Shown: positions 12,020-25,225, counted from the stretch's first letter. The stretch is DNA of 64,000 nt from Epiperipatus broadwayi (GCA_028023455.1 JAQFVV010000006.1:14880001-14944000); one strand, 5' to 3'. Numbers and translations: made by a program. The notes: generated by a model not told the origin, from the sequence alone.

Positions 12020-13535
12020 TGTATTTTTATATTAGACTATTTCCATCGTCTAATATGAGTATTGAATGTCTTTAGAAAAATTTAACTTTATTTAAATATT
12101 CCAAATACATTCAACTGTTAGTAATAACACATCAAACAGGTTAGTAGATGCACAAGGTTTTAACAGGTAGTATGTTCCTCTTCTTCAGGTGTTGCTGGCC
12201 TGACCAATGACAGTACTAGCATGGTATTCAAACCTGGACCCTTAGATTCTTGAATGTTGAATTTTAAGGTAACACTTTAACCAACTGAGCCATCCTGTCA
12301 AAGGCAACAGTCAGTAGAAATTTCATATACTTACCTATGAGGTTCCTCCTGATTTCTCCACCTTCTCCTAAGAGCAGAGTTGATTAGTGGTTTCTATATA
12401 TTATGTATAGTCACACTAGGTTGGCTTATGGGATTTTTTTGTCATTGGCATGTGAGCAGCTTCTTTAATTTTTGTTTTTTCTACCCTTTCTTCTCTATCC
12501 AATATTTTTATATTTTCCCAATTAAACATATGTTTATTGGCACTACATCTGTTTTCTCTCTTCTAATCATCAGGGTTTTTTTTTTGCAAGCACTTTTCAA
12601 TGGGATGACTGGTCTCACCAATATATGTTCTTCCACATTCACATGGTATTTCATAGATTGAGTTTTTTCTTTTCAGCATTTCAAGTTTAGGCTGTGTAGA
12701 TGTTAGAATTCCTCATAATGTGGTACTGCTCTGGAAAGCTGTTCTGATGTTATACTGATTGCAGATTTTCCTTAATTTGTCTGTTATTTTTGGAATGCAT
12801 GGGTACACTACAGTACCAATAATTGTCTTTTCTCTTGATGGTTCTTTTTGTTGTCTATTTAACATTTTCCTAATAACAGCTGATGGATAACCATTTTTCA
12901 TAAGGGTTTGTTCTATATAAATCTTTTCTTTTTCCAAATTGCTGGTTTCTGAACAAGCTTCTTTTGTTTTGGTGTGATTAGAAGAGAGAAAACAGATGTG
13001 TCTGAGGTAGCAGACCATGTATGCACCAATGAATGTATGTATGTTACAAAAACATTGGGTAGAGAAGAAAAGGTACAAAGAAGAAAATTTAAAGAAGCTG
13101 CTCACATGACAATGGCAAAAAATCCTGTAAACCAACCTAGTGTGACTATACAAAATATATGAAACCACTAATCAATTTTGCTCTTAGGAAAAAGTGGAGA
13201 AATCAGGATGAACCTCATAGATAAGTATATGAAATTTCTATTGAGTGTTGCTTTTGGCAGGACGGCTCAGTTGGTTAGAGCCTTACCTTAAAATTCAATA
13301 TTTAAGAATCTAAAGGTTCAGGTTCGAATACCATGATAGTACTATCACTGGTCAGGCCAGAAACACCTGAAGAAGAGGGGAAAATAATACCTGCTAAAAC
13401 ATTGTGCATATACTAACCTGTTTAATGTGCTATTACTAACAGTTGAGTGTATTGGAATATTTAAATAAGGTTAAATTTTTCTGAAGACATTCAATACTCA
13501 GATGATGGAAATAGTCCAATATAAAAATACAACTA
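12020..13535 (-). mobile_element. 5'-truncated Penelope-like element with an inverted partial copy
   Basis: Minus 12975 to 12020: RT thumb/linker (LMKNGYPSAVIRKML...YPCIPKITDKLRKICNQYNIRTAF), GIY-YIG (IYEIPCECGRTYIGET), KIKEAAHM, then 3' UTR. Plus 12975-13535 repeats the endonuclease end and 3' UTR in inverted orientation. Confidence 0.85.
13258..13410 (+). promoter_or_regulatory. tRNA-like Pol III A/B boxes followed by a decayed minimal hammerhead (family C, PLE 3' end)
   Basis: A box GGCTCAGTTGG (13264-13274), B box GGTTCGAATAC (13321-13331), then AACAC CUGAAGA AGAGG...AAAAC AUU GUGC. Mirror copy at about 12140-12300. Confidence 0.6.
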
Positions 13536-14790
13536 GAACAACATCATCACAAACCTTCAGAAAAACTAAGGATAATGTTTAGAAAGGGGTTTGATAACTG
13601 GGAAAAAAAAGTAAGTATAAGGATAAGATAATATCAAAATACACAGTACTGTCTTTTATAATTATAGTTTAAAAATGAGTAAGGAATCCTGCAGAAGGGT
13701 CTTGAAGAAATAGTCTTTTAATTATATTAGTATTTACTGTTTGCATATATAATATTTAAATACAAGTGCATTGTCTATATTGAATTTAATGTAATTTAGA
13801 AGGGATTTGAAGTCAGACTTTCAATTCCCTTACTGCTATCCATCTCATCTTATGCAATCTATACGCATACATATTAATTATATTTTATTATATATTTTTT
13901 GTACTTTGTGTTATATACATGTGTATATGTTGAAGCACGTACAAATCATTAATATTAAAAATTTAATTTTTACAAATAAAAATAATATAAGAATAAAAGT
14001 AGTTGTTATCTAATATTTTTATGGGGATAAAGGGAAAATATTTAAGACCATCCCATCATAATTTCTCACTTTCACTACCGAAGAAAGTTCAAATTGCCTA
14101 AAGGGAATTATCTTAATAAATAAGAGAGAAGTATGAAGTGTCCTAATTTTCTTCTGTCCTTGTAAAACATATTTAAAAGGTTTGCAGTTAATCATTTTCA
14201 ATGCTATTACTTAATTGAATTTACTAATTGGAATTTTATGTAAAAGTAGCACATGTAACTGGATGTATGTACATATATATTTACATACACGCACCCACAC
14301 TATGTTTCTAAATTTTAAATAACTCCATTACTTCCGACCCTCTACTTTTTTTTTTTCGTTTTTTAATTTTTAATTGAACTACAGCAAAAAAAGGAAAAAA
14401 AAATGGTTTGAAGTGTAACAACATTTTCTTAATGTATGCTCATTTAGACCAATTTTTTAAAGATTTCATCTTCAAATTTTTTATTCAGCAGTCTCTTCCA
14501 TATTTTATTCTGATATTTTTTTTATTTGTAGTCTGTTGAGCTTAAAATAAGATGCAAAGGCAATAAAATTAAAGTTTTAAAACTTTATTGACAATAAAAT
14601 ATTAAAGTGTTACAACAGAAGTGAGTTCATATTCGCTGATGATGAATTAGAAAGAGATGTTAGTAACATCTGTAAACGAGCTTCACAGTGATATTTAATT
14701 ACTTGAATGTAAACAAGTTAAGCTGGTTATGATCTATTGTGATGTAGCCTGTTATTAACAATGTTCATTACTAAATTTGTTATATAGCAG

Positions 14791-14910
14791 GTTGCTATGA
14801 TGGAAGGCTATTTACAGTGACGTTTATCGTACTGTAATCAAGTTTACTGCTTGGTTACCGTATTATAATCAAATTATGTCCGTACCCATTATTAATGATG
14901 TTTTATGTTG
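14791..14910 (+). other. Exon-like segment of a possible nested gene or pseudogene
   Basis: tatagcag|...TG|gtaata. Frame WKAIYSDVYRTVIKFTAWLPYYNQIMSVPIINDVLC joins 16946 in frame, but an in-frame TGA lies at 14798-14800. CpG-retaining. Confidence 0.35.
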
Positions 14911-15579
14911 GTAATAAGTGAGTTTGAATCAGTAGATAAAGAAAACACACATTCTATAGAAATGATTTTTTTTAATTGAAATGTTGATTTATTTATTTTT
15001 TTTATAAAACCTAGGGTTAAAACTAGTTTTAAATTTCCTTTTTTAAGCTTTGTGATTGATTGGAAGTATTCTGAATCCTATTAAATTATAGCATAATCTT
15101 TTAGCAATTTTACTACTTACCGTTCCAAAATTTATTTCAACTTTCATTACTTTGACTCTTTTTTATTTGGTTTTTTTTTTTTTTAATTTTAGTATTTTGA
15201 TATTTTTTTATAAAGTTATAAGGTTGCCCTGTGCAGTTTTATTTAGCATAATTAGAATGATAGTCTCTAGAATTAAAGATTACTGAATCAAAGCCCAGGG
15301 TTTTTTTTTTCTGGAACTTGAACATCACATGATCTCCTGAGCAACTAACTGCTTGATTTTCTACATTTTTACACATGAGATTTATACAGACAAATATTCT
15401 AAGATTATTTTATTTATTCCAACTGTCACATTAAATTTATTAAATTCCTTTTATTTTAATCTGTTATTAAGATCTTTGAGTTTCATTACAAATGTTAGTA
15501 TTCAGTTAAATTAGTGTTAAATATTTTGTTTTACAATCTGTTTTTTATATGTAGTCTTTATGTGTGTGTGTGCAGGACC

Positions 15580-15885
15580 TGAACACACATTGTGTTCTTT
15601 TCTTCAGATGTTGCTGGCCTGACCAGTGAAGCATGTGAATCGAACCCAGACCTTTAGATTTTTTGAATATTGAATTTTATAAGGCAAAATAGCTTAATTG
15701 GTTAGATCATTACCTCAACATTCAAGAATTAAAAAGTCTAGATTCGATTCCTATGCTAATGATGTCATTGGTCAGGCCAGCAATATCTGGAGAAGAGACC
15801 ACTCGAAATATTGTGTTAAATACTAACGAATAAAGTTTAAATTTTTCTAAAGATATTCAATTTTTAATATTAGATGATGGAAATA
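15580..15885. repeat. Family C stand-alone inverted pair, abutting a family A unit
   Basis: ggtcaggccagcaa on both strands (about 15610 and 15770). Decayed HHR CUGGAGA AGAG ACCA CUC GAAAU AUU GUGUU. Confidence 0.7.
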
Positions 15886-15920
15886 ATCCTAAGATCTAGG
15901 TGCAGTGCTCAGATCCAAAA

Positions 15921-15963
15921 CTCCTCACTGATGAAGGCCACAAGCCAGAAACTAGTCTGGGGA
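15921..15963 (+). ncRNA. Type I hammerhead motif, family A, intact core
   Basis: CUCCUCA CUGAUGA A GGC CACAA GCC A GAAAC UA GUC UGGGGA. Predicted cleavage after C15957. Confidence 0.8.
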
Positions 15964-16192
15964 TATTGGATGAGTAGGCATTAGATAGGGATTTTATGCA
16001 CAAGCCTTCTGGCATTCATTGATTACTCTGGTTGGCACAGGGTGGTACTACTGTATGGAGAGTTTTGCCTTGGAAATAATCCAACAAATAATTAATACTA
16101 AAATGCCATTTTTACAACCTTCAGACAAACACTATTCAGTTTGATATCACTTTTTTGAGTGATTAAACTGAAAACTCCATTCCAAACTAGCT

Positions 16193-16630
16193 AGAAAACA
16201 GTCCCTAGCTTGCATGAGAGTGGTGTAGTGAAAATTACACTACAGAAATATTATTCATTAAGTAGATAATCTCTAGTCTAATGAATGACTAATAAAAAAA
16301 TATTATTATACTTCCATCAAGTGGGTTGTATCAAAGATATGAGGTCAGTTAGTTTGATACTTATCAATTAAACTGTAGGAATTGGCTATCTGTATGTACT
16401 GAACAATGATAAAGATATGTGTAAGAGATTGTGATCTGGGCCAACTGATAAGTGCTGCTTCAGCATGAAATGTGCATCTTGGGGATCATACATCTTTTCC
16501 ACGTGTCTTTGGTCATATGTTTTAAGATTACACCCTCCATAAGGTGTTAAAAGCAGATAGAAACAATTCCCTATTTTACATAAGAAACAGAAAAAATAAT
16601 CATTAAGTGGATAATCTTTAGTCTAATGAA
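16193..16630 (+). repeat. Family D hammerhead repeat, 1.2-mer
   Basis: Homologous to 11097-11490. HHR at 16441-16482: CCAA CUGAUAA GUGC-loop-GCAU GAAAU GUGC AUC UUGG (G8 to A). Confidence 0.75.
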
Positions 16631-16945
16631 TGACTACTAAAAAGTACTAATACATTAACTTGCTTGCTTAGTCGATGTAAGTGAAGAGAATGTTTTTGAA
16701 TGCATATGAGAAAGGCATGTGACATTGTTGATATTAACTTTCCTAGTAGAGGATAGAAAAAGCCTATAGCTGATATAAAACAGATCCTTAAAACTTATAG
16801 AAACTGGTCTGATATCAGATGTATATAATTATTCAAGAGAGTTGGCTTGGATTCACTTAAGATATGTTTGAATTTCAAGTTATTAGCATGAATAGTACAA
16901 AGTAATAAAGAATGACTGCTAGCTGCATAAATTCGTTAGTTCCAG

Positions 16946-17083
16946 GTGTGAATCCAAATTCTTACCAGTAAAAGCAAAAATCAGAGTCCTTTCTGAACAT
17001 GTAGATAATATAGCACTATATCGTCTTGTAGTCGTTGATTATTCAAGCTTTCATGAAACTTACATTAAGTGGCGCTGGGGTAG
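16946..17083 (+). CDS. Candidate exon of an unidentified nested gene
   Basis: gttccag acceptor, 44 open codons CESKFLPVKAKIRVLSEHVDNIALYRLVVVDYSSFHETYIKWRW. Donors at 17080 (gtaggt) or 17084 (gttaag). Confidence 0.5.
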
Positions 17084-17414
17084 GTTAAGAGAATTGCTCT
17101 CTAATATACATTTTTTCTAATTTAATATATTAAAAATAATAAAGTTTAAATTTCAGCTAAAATATATAGTCTTAAATTTAAATAAATCAGTATTTCAGCT
17201 GTAAAGAAAATGCCTCTATGAGAATGTTTGTGTATATATGATCGCGCGCACACACTTAAAATATTTAAGGGTTTTACAATTACAAATTGAGTACTGTATA
17301 ATGTTCAGGAATTCCATTTATAACGGTGTCTAAATTTATTTTCATTTCCACTTTAATAAAAATGTATCAAGTCAGAAGTTTAATGGGTATTATTATTTAA
17401 TAATTTTTAATCAG

Positions 17415-17505
17415 GAAATGTTCTGACGGCATCAAAGTCGAAAATAATAAACAACTAGTTATAGATCCTCCAAGTTTCACGGAATCGCCACAGGGAGCTA
17501 GTTAA
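17415..17505 (+). CDS. Candidate exon of the same nested unit
   Basis: ttaatcag acceptor. Phase-2 frame KCSDGIKVENNKQLVIDPPSFTESPQGAS* is compatible with the 17084 donor. Confidence 0.4.
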
Positions 17506-18539
17506 AGAAAAAACAGTTATAAACACCATTTAAATATTTCATTAATTATTTGGCCAGAAAGTTAATTTAAACATGACACAAGAAAAACTACTATAAAAGC
17601 AGTAAAGTGGGTTGTTTTTTTTTGGATGATTAATTATTTCAAATGAACATGAAATAAAGCATTCTGGAGATTATATTACAGTCAAGAACCCAAAGTAACA
17701 GGTTGAGCCGCGTTCCATTAACCTTTAGATCTGAATCCATTACTCTACACTGATTTACACTATGCAGGAATTTGAAGAATGATATTACCTGAAATAGAGC
17801 TTGTATTTAATTTAGTCCAATAATGGGCACCTCACCCCCTCTGGTTATCAAAAGATTATTAAGTTCATAGGCCTTTCTAATTCCAGTTGGATTGTGATGC
17901 ATAGCTATTCTTAATTGGTGAAAGGATCCATGTAGATAATTTGGAAAATGAATACATAATTTTGTAATAAGAATGACAGGTTAATTTTAAAACAACGAAT
18001 TCAAATATGAAGTTTAACATTTCTTATAAGTATGAATATTAAATTGTCCTGTCAATGTGAGTGATAATTATATTATGTAAAGAAACAAGTAAATATGAAT
18101 CTGTAGTTAAAAGTTAAGTATAATTAACAAATTCCACCTTTATTGTTGAAGGAGGTTGCCTTGATAACAGTTTGAAATTGTTGATTAGGATTGTCTAAGT
18201 ATTGATTGGTTCTTAATGATTAATTAACAATTTGTATGCGTATACTTTAAAATTAGATGGAAGAAAACTACTCTTCTCTTCAAGCGCTTTGATTGGATGG
18301 TACTCCACGTCAATAAATGTTTTTAAGAAATGGGTGACCACCAATTATTAAAACCTAACTATTAAGTAAATAAACATTCATTGAATGGAAATAGAGCACA
18401 GTTTAATTTAAAAGCCAAATTTTTAAAATAGCTTATTACTTGTAAAGGTTCGAATTATATATCCCTGAGAACAGAAAGCATTTCATTTTTAACGATTTGA
18501 CTAAAAATATTCTATTGCATGATTTTTCAACTGCAAGAT

Positions 18540-18775
18540 GGTCTTTCCAATTTCAATCTATCTTCTTCAATCTTTAGCCTCTCTTTTCCACATCACACCA
18601 GCACACTTTCTTATTTCATCCATCCATCTCACACGTGGTCTCTTTCTAGATCTTTTACAATCTCTTGGAATCCAGTTTAAGATTTCAATTGTCCATCTAT
18701 TTATCATCTCTTCTAGCAATATGTCCAACCCAACTCAACTTCAGTATTTTAATTCTTTCAGTGATGTTTAGTCAC
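18540..18775 (-). mobile_element. RTE LINE 3' fragment
   Basis: Minus strand reads RWTIEILNWIPRDCKRSRKRPRVRWMDEIRK. Confidence 0.7.
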
Positions 18776-19595
18776 ACCTGTTGATTCTCTCACCGTTTTC
18801 GATCTCTTTTGAACTTTAATTACAAATGTGCATTCGGCAATATAATTGTTAAATAATAATTATAATAAAACTGTACATTCATGATTTCATCATCATATAT
18901 GTATATACTGTGTATATATAATAGTATAAATTATAGTAATGGGGTAAAAATAAACAGTAATAACGTATCATTTACACAAGTATTTTTGATTATTTAAATT
19001 GTAATCATCATCAATTACATCAATGTGGACGAAAAACCGATGCCACATGATTTTCTTGATGTATATATCAGCATTAACAGATTGTTTACTTTTATAGAAT
19101 TTTTAAATTGATTGCTAAAAAATGCCTCTTCAATTTTCTCTTTCTATACTGTCTTTATCAATGTCATATTCTTGTGTAATCCGAAATGAAGTTAAATTTA
19201 GAGTTACATAATTTTTTTTTACAGTCAAAGAAAACTGAAACAGTATTAGTTTAATTACTTGTAGTATTTTTTTATATGGTTATAGAGTAACTGAGTGGTG
19301 GTGTAGACATTGTGGTATTTATTTAAGATAGAAAATCGTAGAACATTACAATCCTAATCAAAAAAAAAAAAAATATTTTCAGGTGAAATTCAACAAATAC
19401 TTTTTTATTTTTTAAGTATAAGATTTTTAGAATTAATGTAAACAAATTAATTAATTAGAGGAACACAAAACATTGAATTTATCATCAAATACTTTTTTTT
19501 AATAAATTTAAATTGAATATTATTTAGAAATGTGGTGGATCTTCATTTTTTATTCTTCTTACATTTGTTGATGTTATAGTAAGACTTATTGTCAA

Positions 19596-19693
19596 GCGTT
19601 GGTGGCCTAGTGGTTAGCATAGCCGTCTTCCTAGCAGCTGGTCCGGGTGCGCTTCCCGGTCTATGCATTTGACATATGAGAGAGAAAAAAAAA
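19596..19693 (+). mobile_element. tRNA-Gly(TCC)-derived SINE
   Basis: GCGTTGGTGGCCTAGTGGTTAGCATAGC...CCGGG...CCCGG followed by the family tail tttgacatatgagagaga and poly(A). Confidence 0.75.
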
Positions 19694-19749
19694 GACATTA
19701 TTAAATTTATTTCATGTAAATAGAATTGGTTTTTATCATAATGTAATTG

Positions 19750-20200
19750 TATAAGCAAAGAGCTTTGCTAATTGCTCAACAAGCTTTGAGATAAATGCTT
19801 AGCAAGAGAAAGCATTTAAAATATCTCTATCTGAAATCCAATCCCTATCTCCTGACCAATGGTTTCATGCTTTTGACACTCCTCAGAGAGGTGCTAGGAT
19901 AGCTTCAGATACTAGATCTAAAAATACCAACCCAAAAGCCAGCATTTATCCAAGAGTTAACTATTGAGTAGAAAATCTGAAGTTTTCAGACATCTATACG
20001 TCTTCAAACCCAGCTATCTATCTGAAATAGCTATATGGGGCTGAGAGATCTTCAGACAAACCATATATTAGAAGTCTTAGCAATATAACATTGCTTAAGG
20101 CTAAAAAGCAAAGACTATAAACAGTCAATAAAAATAAAAAATAGAATCATATATCACATGACTCCACTTTATTTTATTAAGCTTGTGGGATATAAACAAA
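19750..20200 (-). repeat. Family B hammerhead repeat, diverged copy
   Basis: Shares gaggtgctaggat, ttaactatt.agtagaaaa, cccagctatct and tatcacatga blocks with 34815 and 54815. Confidence 0.65.
19848..19893 (-). ncRNA. Type I hammerhead motif with a 3-bp stem III (family B variant)
   Basis: Minus strand: CACCUCU CUGAGGA GUGU CAAAA GCAU GAAAC CAUUG GUC AGGAG. Confidence 0.65.
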
Positions 20201-20491
20201 GAGCTTTCTTAATAATATTTTTAAAATCGTTAATAAGTGAATAGTGGATATCGTGTTCTATTATGTAGCACTAGCAAAAGCAAAATTTGGACTATATTTT
20301 ATGTGTGGGGGTATTTTTGTATATATATTTAATATTTTTCTAATCACAATTGTTTGTTTTTTATTAAAATAAATGCTTTACCTGGACAAAGTAAAGCACC
20401 CTTTGAGGAACTTCATCATCCCATTATCTATTTTGATAACAGGTATTTAATAAAAATTAGTATTCTTGTGTTAATGTTGTTGTGTTGCCAG

Positions 20492-20536
20492 GCAGAAAAC
20501 TGGTTACATAGTAGGTGTTGCATCACCTTGGATTAG
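20492..20536 (+). CDS. Candidate mini-exon of the nested unit
   Basis: gttgccag|45 nt|gtaatc, reads QKTGYIVGVASPWI. Phase-matched to an upstream segment ending 20442 (APFEELHHPIIYFDNR|gtattt, 49-nt intron) and to 20734 (ttttccag|GNKKTTRFLKNNQIVYCLG). Confidence 0.35.
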   Translation, partial: AENWLHSRCCITLD

Positions 20537-21134
20537 GTAATCCTTGCATAAAAGTAGTTCATATTAATTTATTAGTTTACTTATGGAAATAGGACAAATT
20601 TTGTTGGCCTTTAAATATTTCAAAAGTTGACTAAGATTTGAACAATGTATCATTTAATGTGGTTTATATATGTATAAGAAATTGTGTTTGTTGCATATTA
20701 TAAAAGATCTTAAATTAAATGTAATTTTTCCAGTGGAAATAAAAAAACGACTCGATTTTTAAAAAATAACCAAATAGTTTATTGCTTGGGAGTTCATAAG
20801 TTTAAGCACCGGAAGGGTTGAGCCGGGATCTGGATGCATGGATTTTGAATACAAGAGTATACCACTATATCTACCCATTCAAAGCATTTTTATACTTTAT
20901 TATACATTATTGAATTTATACAGCTTATATAATGGAAATAAAAAAAAGTATATTATATAGGTAAAAAATATTGGTTATATATATAGAGATGTTTCCAGCA
21001 AAATATTTCATTATTATATATATGTATATATTTCCTGCAATGTGATATTTGTCAATTTATACAGCTTATAAAATAGATATAAATTATCTTTACCTCATAT
21101 ATGTTTAATATCACATTAATACTTAAAAACCATA

Positions 21135-21993
21135 TGCAAGGGGTACCCAAAACATATGGAACCATTCTTTGGTGAATGCACCTATTTAGTGCTGCTTTTA
21201 CTGCTAGATTTCTCTTTCAGGGATTCTTCTTTATTAGTCTATTGACTGGCATCATTGAGTGAAGTCGTGATGCCACGTAGTAACTTTTTTCGTTAGGTGG
21301 GGTCTCATTTTCATTGATTTTTGTGGTTGCTGAAAAATTAAAAAGTTGTGAAATTCTGTTTCCTGTTTGGTTAAACAGCAGGAGAAACAGTTGTAATGCT
21401 TGAAATAGTTTACAAGTAAGATAATCTGGGAAAATACAAGTTTATGAGTGGTTTAATGGAAGTGGTCAAATTCATCATGTCCCAAAAAAAGCATGTTGAT
21501 GAAGTCCAATGTTAAGGTGCTACATTGTTCACTCAGAATTTGTTCGTAATGATCAGACATTTTATCTACAAGTTCGGAAACATTTACATAATGCAGTGAT
21601 TCAAAATGTTCCTAGTTGTTGCAAAATTGGGAATGGTGGCTTCACTAAGACAATGCACCATTGCATAAAGCCTTGAATGTGTAAAGTTTTTTAAACCAAA
21701 ACCAGCATGATCCAGGTTAACCACCTGATCTTTTTACTTCCCCGAATGAAAAATAAAAGGTTATCAAAGGAAAATATTTTGCAGGTGTGGAAGAGGTGAA
21801 GAAAGAAATGACGGAGGCATTAAAAGGCATAAATTTGCAAGAGTTTCAGGAATCCATCAAAAAGTAGACAACGCATTTAGACCAATGTGTTACATCAAAT
21901 TGAGATTACTTTGAAGAAGATTCAATTCATAACACCTAAAAAGAAATACACATTTTATTACAAATTTCCGTTTTTCTGGTGTACCTTCTTGTA
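21135..21993 (+). mobile_element. Internally deleted mariner transposon
   Basis: GKIQVYEWF-like HTH part, and C-terminal FAGVEEVKKEMTEALKGINLQEFQ...LDQCVTSN*DYFEED. Degenerate TIRs with flanking TA. Confidence 0.8.
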
Positions 21994-22996
21994 TAAATAT
22001 GATTGCAAATATATTCAAGTTTTAAAAGTAAATTAAGTCACAATTATGTCATCATTCTGTCATGGAAATTGATATTTTAATCTCTAGTTTACCTGACAAA
22101 GATAGGTTCATATCTCAAATACGTGTAGAATAATAAGGTATCTGCATTTTTGCACTGGATAAGGTTTATAATATTATAGATTTGAAGCTAAGAAAGAGAT
22201 ATATTACATTGAAAGGAATATATATATATATATAATAATTAAATATCTGTCTGTGGATGTTTATGTAACCAATCAAATTAAAGGATTCACAATGCATTCA
22301 TCATGAATTTGATTTGTTATGCTGATCTCTCCGCCAAAATAGTTATTTATCACATATATTTCTTATTGTGTGATTTTTATTCCTTCATTGAGTTTTTAAA
22401 ACAAATGGTCAAATCTATTATTTCTTTCATATCACTCTACCATCTAGTATATAAAGAAGAAAAAAATAGATTTGTTATACAAAAATGATGTGTAACCTAA
22501 TGCATTTATAATTGTAAGATGTATCAGGATTAATATGGATTGGTCAGATGTCAAGAGTAAATAAAAAATAAAATGGAAATGTAGATTGCTGATTATTTCA
22601 ATACCTAGTAAAGTCCATTACCTTGAAAATGGAAAATGTCTCACTCTTAATTTGTCCAGGTGTTAATAGTTGGCTGAGTTTCAGTGAGCGAATTAATAGT
22701 ATTGTACCTACAGTTACAACTGTATCTGTTGTTATAAAATATTGCCTGAAAACTGAATCAAATCATTTATTATTACTGCCATGATTTAAATTTATGGATT
22801 CTTTCTCTGTGGGAAATTTTATTATGAAGCATTTATATATTCAGGAAAATTTGGATAAATGTGTAAATATGATTAAAGGTTAAGCAAAATTAGGAGGAAA
22901 GTGGGCTTTGTTAAATAGTTGGACGATATAGAAAATTAATATAAGTAGTATTTATAAAGATAGCGTGTGTATATATATAAGTTGTTTAATTATATA

Positions 22997-23568
22997 TTAA
23001 GTAATATTTACTAAGGCTGTAACCTTATGAATAAGCGTGTGAAAAATTTGAAGGTAGGGACCTCTACAGGTCTTTGCCACAAGCTTACGCTCAGAAGAGG
23101 GAAACCTTTTACTTCAACCTACTTTTATATATGAATAGGTGAAGCTGAAGTGGTTAGATCTAAGAGTGTGAAGCTATTCAATACTTCACTAATTAGGTCC
23201 ACAATTCTTATTATACATTAATACTCGCGAAATCTTACGATTTACAACGAGTCAATGGAAAGATCTTATAGTAAGAAATCTATTACGATAATTTAAAGTT
23301 GTAATTATAAATTTTATTAAACGCACATTATTATGTTAAGTAATATTTACTAAGGCTGTAACCTTGTGAATAAGCGTCTGAAAAATTCGAAGGTAGGGAC
23401 CTCTACAGGTCTTAGCCACAAGCTTATGCTCAGAAGAAAAGAGGGAAACCTTCTTTTACTTCAACCTACTTTTATATATGAATAGGTGAAGCTGAAGTGG
23501 TTAGATCTAAGAGTGTGAAGCTATTCAATACTTCACTAATTAAGTCCACAATTCTTATTATACATTAG
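22997..23568 (+). repeat. 339-bp tandem repeat, 1.7 units (family G)
   Basis: ttaagtaatatttactaaggctgtaacc at 22997 and 23336, near-identical units. Inverted fragment at about 36460-36530. Confidence 0.9.
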
Positions 23569-23885
23569 TTATATATTGTAAATTATATGTATATGTAAGA
23601 TATCAAAGTTTATTAATTTTTATTTATTTATTTGATTATAAGATATGAGTATATGATTTACAGTACAATTTAATGTAAATAATGTCCAGTAGTTGGAATG
23701 GATATAATTAATTGATCATGTGATTTGTATAATTAAATATCTTGGGAAAATGTCAATCGAGATGAAAGCCAGTTCTATAAATATTAAAATATAATTATCA
23801 TTAAATTCAAAATTGTAAATCATAAACTATCATACAATATAAACCGTCACACAAGCTCTCTCTCATTGGTCAATGGTTTAGGATA

Positions 23886-24113
23886 TTGCAGATTGAATCC
23901 ATTAATTTGATTGAGTACATAGATATCTCTAGTACCAAGCCATTGCTTGAACATATTTTTTTGATAGTTCTAGATGCATACTCCAAATTGATAGAATATT
24001 GTTTGGTAAAGAATACAGAGGTGATAAAAATCTTAAATGAACTTTTTTTCATGCATGGATATCGTGTTGTGTCTGAAGTTATAATGTGTTATGCATTTTT
24101 ACTTGAAAAGTGA
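23886..24113 (+). mobile_element. Gypsy-type integrase core remnant
   Basis: HIFLIVLDAYSKLIE...VIKILNELFFMHG..VVSE resembles FLIVVDAYSKW.E...LF...G.P..LVSDNG. Confidence 0.55.
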
Positions 24114-24792
24114 AATGGGCATTTCAGAATGTACTCATAGTAGAAAAAGTTGTTCTGGCTTTTGTGTTGATGGATGTTTATGATATAATAACGATAAGGG
24201 GAAAGGGTGTAGTGGTGAAAACAAAAAACTTCAGTATATATATATTTCTTTCAGAGTTATATTTATTATTTTACGAGATTTGTAAAAATAGATATAAATT
24301 ATTTTTATCCTGTAAGATATATGTTTAACGTCATTAATAGTCTAAACACTTACATAAAAATGACTAATTAAAAGTGTATTCAAAAACCAAGTCATAATTA
24401 CAATATATACATATTAGATCATTGTTCCAATGTGAAAATCAGTTTATCAAAACCTTTAACTTATCCGATGAAGATAGATTCAAATTTTCGAAATCTACAT
24501 GTGAGGAAGAGCTGGTCCGAATGTTTATATTAGGTGATATTTTGTGGTAATACATAGCTGAAGCTTTCAAGAAGGGTATTATGAATCTGATAATATTCAA
24601 ATCAAAAATGACATGTGAGCTGCAATTTATATAACTTTTGCTCTCAAACCTGCCCCTCTACACTTTCCTAAACTATTCAGTACTGTCAACCTAACGCAAA
24701 CAAGGAAAAAAACCACTTTATACAATTAAAATATAGGGTATTTGAATATAAATACATTTATATGCATATATGTATATATTCTTGTCATATGA

Positions 24793-24877
24793 AAGCGACA
24801 GCTGCTTTACAAGCAGTTGTCCCGGGTTAGCTGGTTCGCTTTTCCGGCTAATGCTATGACACATGAGAGAAAAAAAA
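24793..24877 (+). mobile_element. tRNA-Gly-derived SINE, 5'-truncated
   Basis: cagctgctttacaagcagttgtcccggg...ggttcgc plus the tail tgacacatgagagaaaaaaaa. Confidence 0.65.
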
Positions 24878-25225
24878 GTATATACACATATTAAATGCTC
24901 TGCTCTAAAGTATGCAGTGTAATTCAGCAATGGAGTATTATAATGCTACTCTACAAAGAAAAAAATATATAAAGAAGACATACTATAGAATTAACTAATG
25001 AATGTATAGAAAAATATTTCAATAACTTAATTTTTTTCAATGTTTTACATATATTTAGCTTTAAGAAAGTGTTTTTATTTTATTTAAAATAAAGTAAAAG
25101 TTGTCCAATGATATAGAACATTCATTTTAGTGACATATTAATCTATTAAATCATGGCATATAATTAAATATGGCAACGGGGGGGGGGTTAATTTTTTTAT
25201 AAGAAAAAATCTGCAAAATTTGTGC

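Noticed and set aside
14791-14803. In-frame TGA read as selenocysteine
   Set aside because: No selenoprotein-like context or SECIS was identified. A nonsense mutation, UTR or non-exon is simpler.
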